From: an uncultured Bacillota bacterium
GTDB taxonomy: Bacteria > Bacillota_I > Bacilli_A > RF39 > UBA660
Length of the DNA stretch: 64,000 nucleotides
Reading direction: 5' to 3'
NCBI GenBank assembly: GCA_900318075.1
Contig: ONJI01000020.1
Span: 5,336 to 69,335 of the forward strand
Positions 1-10,087 of the stretch are shown here, one piece after another. Position numbers and translations under genes: made by a program. Below the pieces are notes generated by a model. The model saw only the letters and a list, made by a program, of their open reading frames with translations. It was not told the origin of the DNA and made no database searches. Each line of letters begins with the position of its first letter. The first letter of the stretch is position 1.

Positions 1-205
1 AATTCCTCCTTATATAAAAAAGTATTATGTGTGTAGGGACGTTTTAAACGTGGTACCACCCTACTTCATAATACTTTTATTATCTCTTTGGCTTTAACGG
101 GCACTCCGTCTTATACTTATCATATAAGATGCTCCTAGGCGAGTTCATAATGTGAGCTAAAAAGTTTTCATCAACCACTTTCTTTCTAAATAGCTGTTAA
201 TTATT
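1..205 (-). promoter_or_regulatory. T-box riboswitch leader (3' part), apparent Leu specifier CUC. The regulated gene lies beyond the left window edge.
   Basis: Minus-strand reading of 38-60 gives GGGTGGTACCACG (T-box consensus), followed by RBS GGAGG at 4-10 and then the window edge. Stem I starts AGAAAGTGG. Specifier-loop register GAA-CUC-G at 141-146. A 24-nt stretch is identical to the valS leader at 21434-21457. Confidence 0.6.
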
Positions 206-225
206 ACTACTCCTACTCTAAGCAT

Positions 226-873
226 TTAATTATTGCTTTTTCCAAACAAATTTAATAAGTCTATAAATAAATTAATAAAGTCTAAATATAGTTCTAAGGC
301 TCCATAAATAGCTAGATTTTCTTCTGCTATTGAATTTGAACCAGCCAATCTTTTTATCTTTTGAACATCATAGGCAGTAAAGCCTACAAATATTATTATA
401 ATAATTATCGATAATATAAAGTCAAAGGCTGAACTATTTATAAAGAAATTAATTATTGAACAAATTATGACAGCGATTAGAGCCATTACTAAATATGTTC
501 CAATTTTTGTAAGATCTACTTTTGTGACTGATCCGATAAAAGCAAATATACCAAATATTATTGCTGTTATTAGAAAAACATACATTACCGAAGACATTTT
601 ATATACTAAGAATATTCCGCAAAATGTAAGCCCGCTTACGATAGAATAAACAAGAAAACTTATCTTAGCTGTCGTTGGACTCATTTTAGTAATTCTTGCT
701 GATAAGAATATAACTAATAAAAATTCAATCACAATTAAAAGCCAGTATCTATATCCGCCTAATATTTTAGCTGCTGTATAAGGATGATTAGCAACATAAT
801 ATCCTGTCATAAATGTTATTAATAATCCAATAAACATCCAAATGAATACTTTGGGCATTATTTTGTTTGTCAT
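226..873 (-). CDS. Bax inhibitor-1/YccA (TMBIM) family membrane protein
   Basis: 215 aa with 7 predicted TM segments. The C-terminal signature AYDVQKI...GALELYLDFINLF is typical of the BI-1/YccA family. Confidence 0.7.
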   Translation of the reverse strand: MTNKIMPKVFIWMFIGLLITFMTGYYVANHPYTAAKILGGYRYWLLIVIEFLLVIFLSARITKMSPTTAKISFLVYSIVSGLTFCGIFLVYKMSSVMYVFLITAIIFGIFAFIGSVTKVDLTKIGTYLVMALIAVIICSIINFFINSSAFDFILSIIIIIIFVGFTAYDVQKIKRLAGSNSIAEENLAIYGALELYLDFINLFIDLLNLFGKSNN

Positions 874-945
874 ATTTTTCCCCTCCGCTAATAGTATATC
901 ATTATTTTTTGATTTTAGAAAGTTTTTTCTATCAAAAAAGAGGCT

Positions 946-2655
946 TTAACGGAATCCTCCGCCTCCGCCTCCACCACCGAAGGAGCCTCCGCCACCTCCG
1001 CCAGATGAAAAGCCTCCGCCACCAGAGCTATAGGATTCAGCTCTAGATCTTGCAGTACTTGCACTTTTTATTCCATCTGAAGTGATGTTATGGATAAATA
1101 TAATATCCGTATAATCGTAACCCATTTGATTCATGTCAGTAATAACTTCAGGATATAATTTTTTAAATTGATTTGCAACTTCATCAGCAATTCCAAATAT
1201 GGATGCATACATCAAATATTCATTCCATAGTTTTACTTCTATTGGTTCACGCTGTTTAATAAGTGTAAATTCTTTTAAAAATTTTTTGAGTCCAGCCATT
1301 TGCTCGGCTTCTTCCATCATAGATGGATCGATATTATATTTTGTAGATTTAAAAATTTTGAATGTAGTAACTTCTTCTTCTATAGCTTTATTTTCATTGA
1401 CAAGCATTTTTATTTCATATTTTAAAACATCATCAAACCATGCAAGTATTTTATCATAATGATTACTACACCATTTTGTAAATTCACCTGATTCAAGTTT
1501 GCCATCTTTGCTAGCTTCGTACATGTAGTTATATAGTTTATTTTCTAAATCATTTAGATTATTATTATTTTCAAAGATAATGTTATCTTCTACTTTGTCT
1601 TTAAATAGTTTTTTGGTTGAAACTTTTTCAATTCTAATATTGCCATCTTTTAACCATTTTAAGATAATGGCTCCTAAAAAGTCTTCTTTCTTTTTATTTA
1701 AATTATAACTATCGGCAACCCAGTAGGCTCTAAAAACATCTTTTTTGCATGGTATTTCTCTAAATGGCATTACATCTTTTTTTACTTTGTTACCAGTTTT
1801 TCCAAAGTCAAGATTGTTATTTTTCTTACTGCTAGCTATAGAAAATCCAATGATTACAATCCATATTATTAAGTTGATTAAAACTGTGCCTAGGGCTATT
1901 ATTATTCCAAACACTTTATCCCATAATGATTCTTTATCATTATAATTTATGGCCCCATCGTTTGCCATATTAAGATAATTATCAAAATTACTATCTAATA
2001 TATTTGTTGTATTAAATGTTCCTTTTTCAAATTTTACTAAAATTGTTAGATATTCATCGCTATTTAAAGGTCCATCTGAGGTCATTTCTATTTTTCCATC
2101 ATATACGTAGCAAGGAGCACCATATTTACCATATCCCCATACATCTAATGTGTCCGGATATGTAAAATCACTGTATATCGTGATACTGACGTTTTGCGGA
2201 GCAGCACTAAAATTATGTGGGAATAAATTCCAGTAAATCATATCGGCATCTTCAGTCCTTGAAACAAAGCCATTTATCTTATATTTTAGGGTATAAATAT
2301 GGCTGCCATAGCTGGTGATGCCAAAGCATAAATCTATTTCACCATCACCTGCGTTATATATACCCGCTTTATGAGCCTTTTCACTAAAGCTGTTATTAAC
2401 ATTCCAATTATCAACAGTGGTAAAACTAGTACCATCCATAGTTACTTCTAAATCGCTTATTTCGGCACTACCTAAATTGTAATATGGATGCCATCCTTCG
2501 GTACCTTCAGTAACGTTAGCATTCCAAATTTCTGTGACACTGGCATTGCCATCATTATCAACATATATATTCATATCAATTTTAGATATACTACTTGCAT
2601 GGCTAACGCTAATAAAACAGAAAAACGTTAATAGTGTAAATAATATTTTTTTCAT
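946..2655 (-). CDS. DUF2207-like membrane protein. Signal peptide, extracytoplasmic N-domain, central TM, cytoplasmic C-domain ending in a poly-Gly tail.
   Basis: 569 aa. N-terminal signal MKKILFTLLTFFCFISVSHA, a single internal TM (IIIALGTVLINLIIWIVIIGF), C-terminal GGGGFSSGGGGGGSFGGGGGGGGFR. This architecture, and the position next to LemA, is typical of DUF2207. Confidence 0.55.
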   Translation of the reverse strand: MKKILFTLLTFFCFISVSHASSISKIDMNIYVDNDGNASVTEIWNANVTEGTEGWHPYYNLGSAEISDLEVTMDGTSFTTVDNWNVNNSFSEKAHKAGIYNAGDGEIDLCFGITSYGSHIYTLKYKINGFVSRTEDADMIYWNLFPHNFSAAPQNVSITIYSDFTYPDTLDVWGYGKYGAPCYVYDGKIEMTSDGPLNSDEYLTILVKFEKGTFNTTNILDSNFDNYLNMANDGAINYNDKESLWDKVFGIIIALGTVLINLIIWIVIIGFSIASSKKNNNLDFGKTGNKVKKDVMPFREIPCKKDVFRAYWVADSYNLNKKKEDFLGAIILKWLKDGNIRIEKVSTKKLFKDKVEDNIIFENNNNLNDLENKLYNYMYEASKDGKLESGEFTKWCSNHYDKILAWFDDVLKYEIKMLVNENKAIEEEVTTFKIFKSTKYNIDPSMMEEAEQMAGLKKFLKEFTLIKQREPIEVKLWNEYLMYASIFGIADEVANQFKKLYPEVITDMNQMGYDYTDIIFIHNITSDGIKSASTARSRAESYSSGGGGFSSGGGGGGSFGGGGGGGGFR

Positions 2656-2695
2656 CTTTACCTCCGATAAAAAAAGGGATTAAAACTTAATCCCT

Positions 2696-3295
2696 TTAAA
2701 ATTTTACTTCGACATTTTTTCTATCTTCTTCTGAAGCTTCAAAGAATTTTTCAGTCTTGAAGTTAAATAAAGAAGCTATAATACTGCTAGGGAACATCTC
2801 AGTTTTATTATTGTACATTAGTACAGCGTCATTATAAAATTGTCTAGCATAACCAATTTTATCTTCAATTTCTTTTAACTGATTTTGTAAATCTAAGAAA
2901 TTAGTATTTGCTTTTAAATCAGGATAGCTTTCAGCTAAGGCAAACAATTTACTGATTGCACTACTCATCTCGCTACTTGCTTCTACTTTAGCATCTACGC
3001 TGTCAGCTGTTAAATAAGTATTTCTAGCTTTGATAACGTTTTCTAAAGTTCCTTCCTCATGTTTAGCATAACCTTTAACAGTTTCTACTAAGTTTGGAAT
3101 TAGATCAGCTCTTTTCTTTAATTGTACATCAATTTGACTAAATTGGTCTCTTACTTTATTTCTGGCTTGAACTAATCCATTATAATTTGAAATAACAAAC
3201 AGTGCTAAAATGGCTAATACAACAATGATTCCTAATAACATAATTGTCACTTTCTCCTCTCTTAATATAAGTATATCATATTTTCTAAATTTCAT
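2696..3295 (-). CDS. lemA: LemA family protein
   Basis: N-terminal TM followed by NYNGLVQARNKVRDQFSQIDVQLKKRADLIPNLVETVKGYAKHE, a close match to the LemA core. The true start is probably the internal Met at about 3241, which removes the overlap with the upstream gene. Confidence 0.85.
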   Translation of the reverse strand: MKFRKYDILILREEKVTIMLLGIIVVLAILALFVISNYNGLVQARNKVRDQFSQIDVQLKKRADLIPNLVETVKGYAKHEEGTLENVIKARNTYLTADSVDAKVEASSEMSSAISKLFALAESYPDLKANTNFLDLQNQLKEIEDKIGYARQFYNDAVLMYNNKTEMFPSSIIASLFNFKTEKFFEASEEDRKNVEVKF

Positions 3296-5681
3296 CTATA
3301 TATTCTAATAATCTTAAAAACATTTTTACGAATTTCTTTTCTAGTCCTATTCTAGATAGTTTTCTAATTTCGATACGTTTTTTCTTTATCGGTTCTTCGC
3401 TAAATAAAATACTATCTATTTTTTCTTTCATCTGGGTAGAAATTTGAAGGTCACTGATAATTCTTTCGATGTCCTCATTGATAATTCTGACTGCGTCTAT
3501 TTCGATGTCTTTACCTTTACATGTCACTGTAAGCTGACCAACAGTTGGAACATCTTTTATTTCAACAATAAAATTTGGCCCATCGACATATGTCTTCAAA
3601 GATAGGCTTGTCATGTTGCTGTAAGCGGTTACTTCTTCAGTTCTTTTGGTGTTTCTAAATACTATTTTATAGTTTCTCTTTTCAGGAATTATGCCGCTTT
3701 TACCTTCAACTGCTCTTATGACCACACTATAGTTACTTGGAACATATGTATAATCTATTTGAGTTAATAAATAATAATCTTTACGATATAGATCACTTTC
3801 ACCATCATCTTCAAAAAGTGTGTACGAATTGCTTTGGCCAGGGAAAATGTTTATTTCCATGTCTTCTGGTGGGGTCATGTCATTAAGGGTTTTTGGATGA
3901 GCAAGTGGAATTATTGAACCAGATTTTGCGAATACTGGATAATCTTCATCTCTAAAGAAGTTAGTATATACTTTATCACCTGGAAATTTTTTTCCGGTAA
4001 CGAAGTCATACCATATACCTTCTGGAAGGTAAAACTTATGAACGACTCTATTCATGACGGTATCTTTTGGAGTAATAATTGGAGCAATGAATAATTCTTC
4101 ACCAAATGAGTATTCATTGCTGAATAAGGCGTCATCATAATATTCATTCTTTCGGTAATATAAAGGTATTATAAGCTGATTTCCAAATTTGTGATATTTA
4201 TAAGTCTCACTATAAATGTATGGTACAAGTTTATGTCTTAAATTTAAGTAATCTTTAGCAATTGTATATGTTTTAATATCCCATTTCCAAGGCTCTCTTT
4301 TATAGTATTTTCCTTTATCGACACCGAATTTTAATATTGGTGAAAATACGCCTAGTTGTAATGATCTAATATAAAGTTCATTATCTTCTGTTCCTTTAAA
4401 ATAGCCACTAACATCATGAGCCCAAAATGGAGCGCCATTATTGAAACTTCTATTGGTGTAAAATGGTATTTTTCTGAGTGTATTCCAACTTACTTCAGTT
4501 TTTCCAGAATATAGTACTGGATAGCGATGAGGTGCAAGAGCATCACCTTCTGAAAGTAATAATGGTCTTCTTTTAAAGTCTCTTGTCATATCATAAAACT
4601 GATAGTGTTTTAAAAGGGTCAAATTTTGTTTACTTTCTATTCCGTCTATCCAATAAAAATCTATACCTAAATTATCTAGTGGATGAATGAAGAGTTTTAA
4701 ATATACGTCGACAAATTTTGGGTCTAGAATATTATAAGGTATTTTACCTTCACCATCTGGATTTATGTATTTTATTGCTTCATCATAATATATATTGTCA
4801 TCGTAAATTCCTCCGAACGGTGAGGTGCTTAAACCAATCTTTATTTTTTTATCATGAATATAGTCTATCATGGCTTTAGGATTTTTGAAGTACTGTTCAT
4901 TAAATGTAAATCCTGTTTTTAAAAGTTCTTTACCGCGTTTTTTTCTTTTATGCCAGTCTTTATCTAGAACTAAAACAGATATTGGAATTCCCTCGTTTTC
5001 AAAACTATCAACTAATGTTTTTAGTTTTAAATCATCATAGTCTTCATTACTACTCCACCAATTTCCTAAAGCATATCTAGGCACTAGAGCTGGATAACCA
5101 GTTATTTTGTAATAATCTTTTAAAGCTAGTTCAAAATCATTATTATACATAAATAAGTAGGTGTCTATTTTGATATCACTATTAGGTGATGTAGTTCCAT
5201 CTTCATTTAAAATTGGGGTATTGGAATCATCAATACTGGCCATGCCATCTGCTGAATATAGGCCTTTACCTTTAATACCGCCTTCAGCTAATGAGCTATT
5301 TGGAATGCCAAAGTTTCGAACTTCGGGATGGCCATAATACCAGTAATTATTTGTATTTAATAGTTCTACTTTCAAATTGTTGGCAGGGCTTGCTTTACCG
5401 CCTATGAATGATTTCCCTTTTATATATGTAAGTTTAAAATAGCTTGTCGATATACTAACAAAGTTAGCATTATCAATCAAATCAAATTTAGGGGTTTCTA
5501 AATCACGGTATAAAACTAGTTCGGTTGGATCATCGACAAAAACTCCTTTATCATTATATTCTAATCTGATTAATCTTTCAGTTAGAACTGTAAATCTAAA
5601 TTTATCGCCTTTAATTATACTTTTATCATTAGCTTTAGCTCTATTTTTATCTATTTTAAAGTATTCCCCTAAATTATACAT
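3285..5681 (-). CDS. Glycoside hydrolase family 31-like alpha-glucosidase/alpha-xylosidase
   Basis: 798 aa. Contains a YWIDGIE-type nucleophile region and downstream HRYPVLYSGKTEVSWN, resembling the GH31 catalytic motifs. No signal peptide. Confidence 0.5.
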   Translation of the reverse strand: MYNLGEYFKIDKNRAKANDKSIIKGDKFRFTVLTERLIRLEYNDKGVFVDDPTELVLYRDLETPKFDLIDNANFVSISTSYFKLTYIKGKSFIGGKASPANNLKVELLNTNNYWYYGHPEVRNFGIPNSSLAEGGIKGKGLYSADGMASIDDSNTPILNEDGTTSPNSDIKIDTYLFMYNNDFELALKDYYKITGYPALVPRYALGNWWSSNEDYDDLKLKTLVDSFENEGIPISVLVLDKDWHKRKKRGKELLKTGFTFNEQYFKNPKAMIDYIHDKKIKIGLSTSPFGGIYDDNIYYDEAIKYINPDGEGKIPYNILDPKFVDVYLKLFIHPLDNLGIDFYWIDGIESKQNLTLLKHYQFYDMTRDFKRRPLLLSEGDALAPHRYPVLYSGKTEVSWNTLRKIPFYTNRSFNNGAPFWAHDVSGYFKGTEDNELYIRSLQLGVFSPILKFGVDKGKYYKREPWKWDIKTYTIAKDYLNLRHKLVPYIYSETYKYHKFGNQLIIPLYYRKNEYYDDALFSNEYSFGEELFIAPIITPKDTVMNRVVHKFYLPEGIWYDFVTGKKFPGDKVYTNFFRDEDYPVFAKSGSIIPLAHPKTLNDMTPPEDMEINIFPGQSNSYTLFEDDGESDLYRKDYYLLTQIDYTYVPSNYSVVIRAVEGKSGIIPEKRNYKIVFRNTKRTEEVTAYSNMTSLSLKTYVDGPNFIVEIKDVPTVGQLTVTCKGKDIEIDAVRIINEDIERIISDLQISTQMKEKIDSILFSEEPIKKKRIEIRKLSRIGLEKKFVKMFLRLLEYIDEI

Positions 5682-5701
5682 GGCTTTTCCTCCTTATTCT
5701 T

Positions 5702-7114
5702 TTATATTTCGATTATTTCCATAAAGTTTGTATGTTTAACTTCTCTAAATGGATGGCCTCCAGTGACAATTATCTTATCACCTGGTTTTAAATTTAAAAC
5801 TTTTGATATTTTTTCCTTTGCGTTTTTGGTTATTTCTTCTAAGTTTTCTCCATTAGCGATAATTGGTAAAACTCCAAAATAAAGTTGCATACTTTTGACC
5901 ACATCTTCGGTTTCAGCAGCTGCGATTATTGGACATGGTGGTTTTAAACCGCTTATTATTTTAGCTGTTTTTCCTTGATTTGTTGCGACAATTATGGCTT
6001 TACACTCTAATTCATTTGCACCTAAGACGACACTTGACGATACAGTTGCGGTTACTCCTTTGGTCTCATCATTTAATGATCTTCTAAAGAAATAGCTATA
6101 ATCAATACTATCTTCTGATGCTTCAATAATTTTTTTGACAGTTTTTACTGTTTCAATTGGATGACTGCCAATTGAAGTTTCGCTTGTTAACATTATTCCA
6201 TCTACAGCTTCTGATACTAAGGTTGCCATATCTGAAACCTCTGCTCTATTTGGCACTACTTTTCTAGTTAGGAAGCTGTTAAATTCGGCAGTTATTATAA
6301 CTAGTTTATCATTTTTATAGCATTCACTTATAGTTTTCTTTTGAACGCTTGGTATCATCTCAATAGGTAGTTCAATTCCAATGTCGCCTCTATCTAAAAT
6401 AATTCCATCTGAAACACTTACTATATTATCTAAGTCTTCGTAAGCTCTTTTGTTTTCTATTTTAGCAATTAACGATATATGTTCATTTTTAAGTTCAATT
6501 AGTAAATCGTTTATTTCTAATACATCTTCTGATGAGGAAATGGCAGATGCAGTTATAAAATCAATATTATTTTCATGCGCAAATAGGATATCTTGATAAT
6601 CTTTGTTGCTTATAAATTTTTGATTTATTTTTATTTCTGGCAAATACATTTTTGAGTAATTGGTTACTACGCCGCCTTTTAAAACATTGCATACAGCATA
6701 ATCCATGCCTTTTTCAAGAACTTCTAATTCGACATTTCCTTTACTTAATTTTATTTTAGTCTTATATTTTAAATCATCAATAAGGTGAGGATAATTAACT
6801 GAAAATCCTGTCATATTTCCCTTTACTTTATTCATGTATATTCTTATTTTGTCACCGGTATTTAGTGTCGCTTTGCCATCGATGAATTCACCAGTTCTGA
6901 TGCATGGGCCTTCTAAATCTAGCATAATTGCCACATGAGTATCATATTTTTTGTTGGCTTCTTCTATTAAATTCATGAGGCGTTTACATTCTTCATGACT
7001 TGAGTAACTCATATTTATTCTGATGACATCTATTCCGTTTTTTACAAATTCGTCAACTTGCCCTTTTTCGTTGTCATTACCGCATAATGTCGCAATTAGT
7101 TTTGTTTTTTCCAC
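5702..7114 (-). CDS. pyk: Pyruvate kinase
   Basis: 470 aa. TKLIATLCG N-terminus and a DRGDIGIE catalytic loop. Overall PK barrel plus C-terminal domain organisation. Confidence 0.65.
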   Translation of the reverse strand: MEKTKLIATLCGNDNEKGQVDEFVKNGIDVIRINMSYSSHEECKRLMNLIEEANKKYDTHVAIMLDLEGPCIRTGEFIDGKATLNTGDKIRIYMNKVKGNMTGFSVNYPHLIDDLKYKTKIKLSKGNVELEVLEKGMDYAVCNVLKGGVVTNYSKMYLPEIKINQKFISNKDYQDILFAHENNIDFITASAISSSEDVLEINDLLIELKNEHISLIAKIENKRAYEDLDNIVSVSDGIILDRGDIGIELPIEMIPSVQKKTISECYKNDKLVIITAEFNSFLTRKVVPNRAEVSDMATLVSEAVDGIMLTSETSIGSHPIETVKTVKKIIEASEDSIDYSYFFRRSLNDETKGVTATVSSSVVLGANELECKAIIVATNQGKTAKIISGLKPPCPIIAAAETEDVVKSMQLYFGVLPIIANGENLEEITKNAKEKISKVLNLKPGDKIIVTGGHPFREVKHTNFMEIIEI

Positions 7115-7279
7115 TCTACCTCTCCTACTCTAATTAAATTATAAATTAATTAACTTGCAAAGTCAATTTTATATTCCTAATAATACTAGCAATTTACAAT
7201 ATTTAGTGGACCATCTACCATCTATAGCGAGTTAGACTTTGATTAATTTTTTTCAAAAAAAGCATAGTTTATAACTACG

Positions 7280-7600
7280 CTATTTTAGGTCATCAATATT
7301 CTTTTTAAGTTGTTTGGCATCTTGGCCAAATATAATTTTTAATTGATTGTCAATTTCAACTATACCTTGTGCGCCCATCTTTTGAATAGCTTCTTTGTTA
7401 ACTAAGCTGATATTATGAAGATTAACGACAAATCTTGAGTTATTTACTTCATAATTTATTATGTTCGCACTACCGCCCAGATACTCAATTAGTTTATTAG
7501 CCTCTAATTTAAAATCTTTACTTCTAGCTTTTAAAATTGCTAGTGCGATTAAAACTAAAATTACTATTATTATTATATATTGCCATATCATGTACATCAC
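7280..7600 (-). CDS. Small membrane-anchored protein with a PTS EIIB(Glc)-like domain lacking the catalytic Cys
   Basis: 106 aa. N-terminal TM followed by LIEYLGGSANIINYEVNNSRFVVNL, which resembles the EIIB motif LGG..NI..VDHCATRLRF but has N-N-S in place of C-A-T. A hairpin terminator lies downstream at about 7232-7262. Confidence 0.35.
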   Translation of the reverse strand: MMYMIWQYIIIIVILVLIALAILKARSKDFKLEANKLIEYLGGSANIINYEVNNSRFVVNLHNISLVNKEAIQKMGAQGIVEIDNQLKIIFGQDAKQLKKNIDDLK

Positions 7601-7698
7601 CTATATTCATTATACTATAATTTATTAATTTTTTAAAACTTTTTTTGTTTTAATTGTATATTTGAAATCTTTAGTGTATTATATTTAATGGTGATAAA

Positions 7699-8829
7699 AT
7701 GAAGAATATTTCTAAATATAAAATTGATAAATCTATTTTAATTCCCATCGTTTTATTTTTTATCATCAGTATTTTGACTTTATATGGTTCAAGAAGTATT
7801 TTGCCTAGTACGATGAGTCATTTAATGACAAATCAAATTATTTGGTATATGATTGGTTTTGGTTTAGTTTATATTGTGATGACGGTTGGAAATACTTATA
7901 TATATAAAATAAGTACATTTTTATATGTGGTTGGAATACTATCATTAATTGGACTATTTTTCTTTGGAATATCGATAAATGATGCGAAGTGCTGGTACGA
8001 GATAAAAGGAATCGGCACTATCCAGCCTTCAGAATTTATGAAGATTATTTTAATCATTGTCAATGCTTCAATGATATTTAAATTTAATGAGGAGTTTCCT
8101 AATCCAAGTGTACGTGAAGAATTTATGTTTTTGATTAAAATAGGTATTATGGTGCTTATTCCAAGCGTTCTTACGTTTATGCAGCCAGATACTGGTGTAG
8201 TTCTCATATATTTACTAATAACTTTTGTTATGCTTTTTATATCTGGTATTAGATATCGCTGGTTTGTTTTGATATTTAGCACACTATTTTTGTTTGTTGG
8301 AAGTGTCTTACTTGTATATTTTGTAAATGAAAATCTTTTCATCAAAATATTTGGAACTAGTTTCTTTTTAAGGGTTGATAGACTTTTAGATTGGTCTAAT
8401 CAACGTGGGTATCAGCTTGAAAATAGTTTGAGTTCAATAGGTTCAGCTGGTCTTACAGGTCATGGCTTAACTAATAATCCCATATATTTCCCAGAGGCTC
8501 AAACGGACTTTATATTTGCAGTATATGCGAGTCATTTTGGTTTTGCCGGATCTACTTTACTAATTGTTTTACTTACTTTTTTCGATATTAGATTAATTAT
8601 GCTTGCTTTAAAGACTAATAAGTTAATCAATAAGTATGTAATTGCTGGAGTTGTTGGAATGCTTATATATCAACAGGTTCAAAATATAGGAATGACTTTT
8701 GGCCTGCTTCCTATTACTGGTATTACTCTGCCTTTTATTTCTTATGGCGGATCTAGTTTACTTAGTTATATGTTAGCTATGGGACTTATATTTAATATTT
8801 CAAATGAAAATATGCGTTATACAAATTAA
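7699..8829 (+). CDS. ftsW: SEDS-family peptidoglycan glycosyltransferase (FtsW/RodA/SpoVE)
   Basis: 376 aa, about 10 TM segments, with conserved motifs around QPSEFMKI and the C-terminal GGSSLLS region. Confidence 0.8.
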   Translation: MKNISKYKIDKSILIPIVLFFIISILTLYGSRSILPSTMSHLMTNQIIWYMIGFGLVYIVMTVGNTYIYKISTFLYVVGILSLIGLFFFGISINDAKCWYEIKGIGTIQPSEFMKIILIIVNASMIFKFNEEFPNPSVREEFMFLIKIGIMVLIPSVLTFMQPDTGVVLIYLLITFVMLFISGIRYRWFVLIFSTLFLFVGSVLLVYFVNENLFIKIFGTSFFLRVDRLLDWSNQRGYQLENSLSSIGSAGLTGHGLTNNPIYFPEAQTDFIFAVYASHFGFAGSTLLIVLLTFFDIRLIMLALKTNKLINKYVIAGVVGMLIYQQVQNIGMTFGLLPITGITLPFISYGGSSLLSYMLAMGLIFNISNENMRYTN

Positions 8830-8836
8830 AAACAGC

Positions 8837-9022
8837 TTATTCAGCTGTTTCTTTTTTTATAACTTCTTTTCCTTTATAAGTCCCACATTCTTTACAAACT
8901 CTGTGTGGTTTTACAGGTGCGCCACATTTTGGACATGTAACTACAGTTTTTTCGCTTATTTTGTAATGTGTACGACGCATTCTTCCACTAGTTTTACTAA
9001 CTTTTCTAGCTGGTACTGCCAT
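8837..9022 (-). CDS. rpmF: 50S ribosomal protein L32
   Basis: [22 protein letters not shown] plus a CPKCG...CKECG zinc ribbon. Classic L32. Confidence 0.9.
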   Translation of the reverse strand: MAVPARKVSKTSGRMRRTHYKISEKTVVTCPKCGAPVKPHRVCKECGTYKGKEVIKKETAE

Positions 9023-9073
9023 TTTAACACCTCCTATAATAAATCTTTTAACTTAGCTTTGGTTTAATGACCT

Positions 9074-9502
9074 TTAATTTTCGCTATCAGTTATAAGTTC
9101 CCATCCGTCGCCTTTTATTTCCACTTCTTCGGCTTCTTTATTTACAATTCTAATGGGAATTTCCATTAGTATATTTTCCCATATTATGGGTAAAATATCA
9201 ATACTTTTTTGATTTTTTTTGAATTTTTCTTCATTTTCTTCTAGATTTTCATCTATTTCAGTTTCAAATTCATAGTCTGTCGGTTTCAATGTTCTAGAGC
9301 ACGGTAGTATCATTTTACCCTTGATAGTTAAATTTAAATTATAGCTATTTGAACTGTCGATATATATTTGTCCTTTGACTTTTACATCTTGTAAATCTAA
9401 TAATTCAGTATCTTTTAGTTTTTCTTTTTCAAATGATATCTTTTCATTTATATCTATGTTTTCTTTGAGGCCAAAGTTTAAAGGGGCTAAATCGATTATC
9501 AT
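9074..9502 (-). CDS. yceD: YceD/DUF177 family protein (23S rRNA accumulation protein)
   Basis: 142-aa acidic protein with a CxxC-type pair. Sits immediately upstream of rpmF, the conserved yceD-rpmF arrangement. Confidence 0.7.
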   Translation of the reverse strand: MIIDLAPLNFGLKENIDINEKISFEKEKLKDTELLDLQDVKVKGQIYIDSSNSYNLNLTIKGKMILPCSRTLKPTDYEFETEIDENLEENEEKFKKNQKSIDILPIIWENILMEIPIRIVNKEAEEVEIKGDGWELITDSEN

Positions 9503-9592
9503 ATTTTCCCTCCCTTTAGAAATTATATATTATTTTAAATTTAAAAGCAAATTTTGTATATTATTCTATTATATTTAACAAACTATGTTTAG

Positions 9593-10087
9593 GTGATGCT
9601 TATGAACTTTGTACATTTAGGGATTTTTTTATTTAAGGTTATAGAAGATGCCCTAGCTACTTTAAGGCTTATTGTTGTCAGTAATGGAAAAAAGGTATTT
9701 GGAGCAATTTTACAATTTATAACTACAATCATTTGGGTTTTATTAGCCGGCACTGTTTTAATTAATTTTATGCAGGACTTCTGGAAAGTTGTAGCTTTTT
9801 CTCTAGGGGCTTTAGTCGGATCTTATGTAGGCTCTTTAATTGAAGAAAAAATTGCTTTGGGTACTAATTTATTTATAATTAAGTTAAAAAAAGAAAAAAT
9901 TTCTTTTTTAATAAACAGTCTAAAATCAAATAATTTTGATGTATATAAAGTTAAAAGTAATAATGAAAATATAATTGTTGTAATGGCAGCAAGAAAGCAA
10001 TCTTATAATATTGTAAAATTAGTTAATTCTATCGATGAAAATAGTATTATACTAAGTGAAAAAATTAAGATTTTTTCTCAACCATAA
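9593..10087 (+). CDS. UPF0316/DUF2179-like small membrane protein
   Basis: 164 aa. Three N-terminal TM helices then a soluble C-terminal domain. Family assignment is tentative. Confidence 0.35.
   Translation: MMLMNFVHLGIFLFKVIEDALATLRLIVVSNGKKVFGAILQFITTIIWVLLAGTVLINFMQDFWKVVAFSLGALVGSYVGSLIEEKIALGTNLFIIKLKKEKISFLINSLKSNNFDVYKVKSNNENIIVVMAARKQSYNIVKLVNSIDENSIILSEKIKIFSQP

Noticed and set aside
946-1010. GC-rich GGN-repeat stretch, considered as a tandem repeat, CRISPR-like array or tRNA
   Set aside because: It is in frame and encodes the poly-Gly C-terminus of the DUF2207 protein. No spacer/repeat periodicity and no cloverleaf.
7896-8345. 149-aa antisense ORF inside ftsW
   Set aside because: Fully embedded opposite a well-supported SEDS gene. 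Its composition is an AT-rich artefact and there is no RBS.
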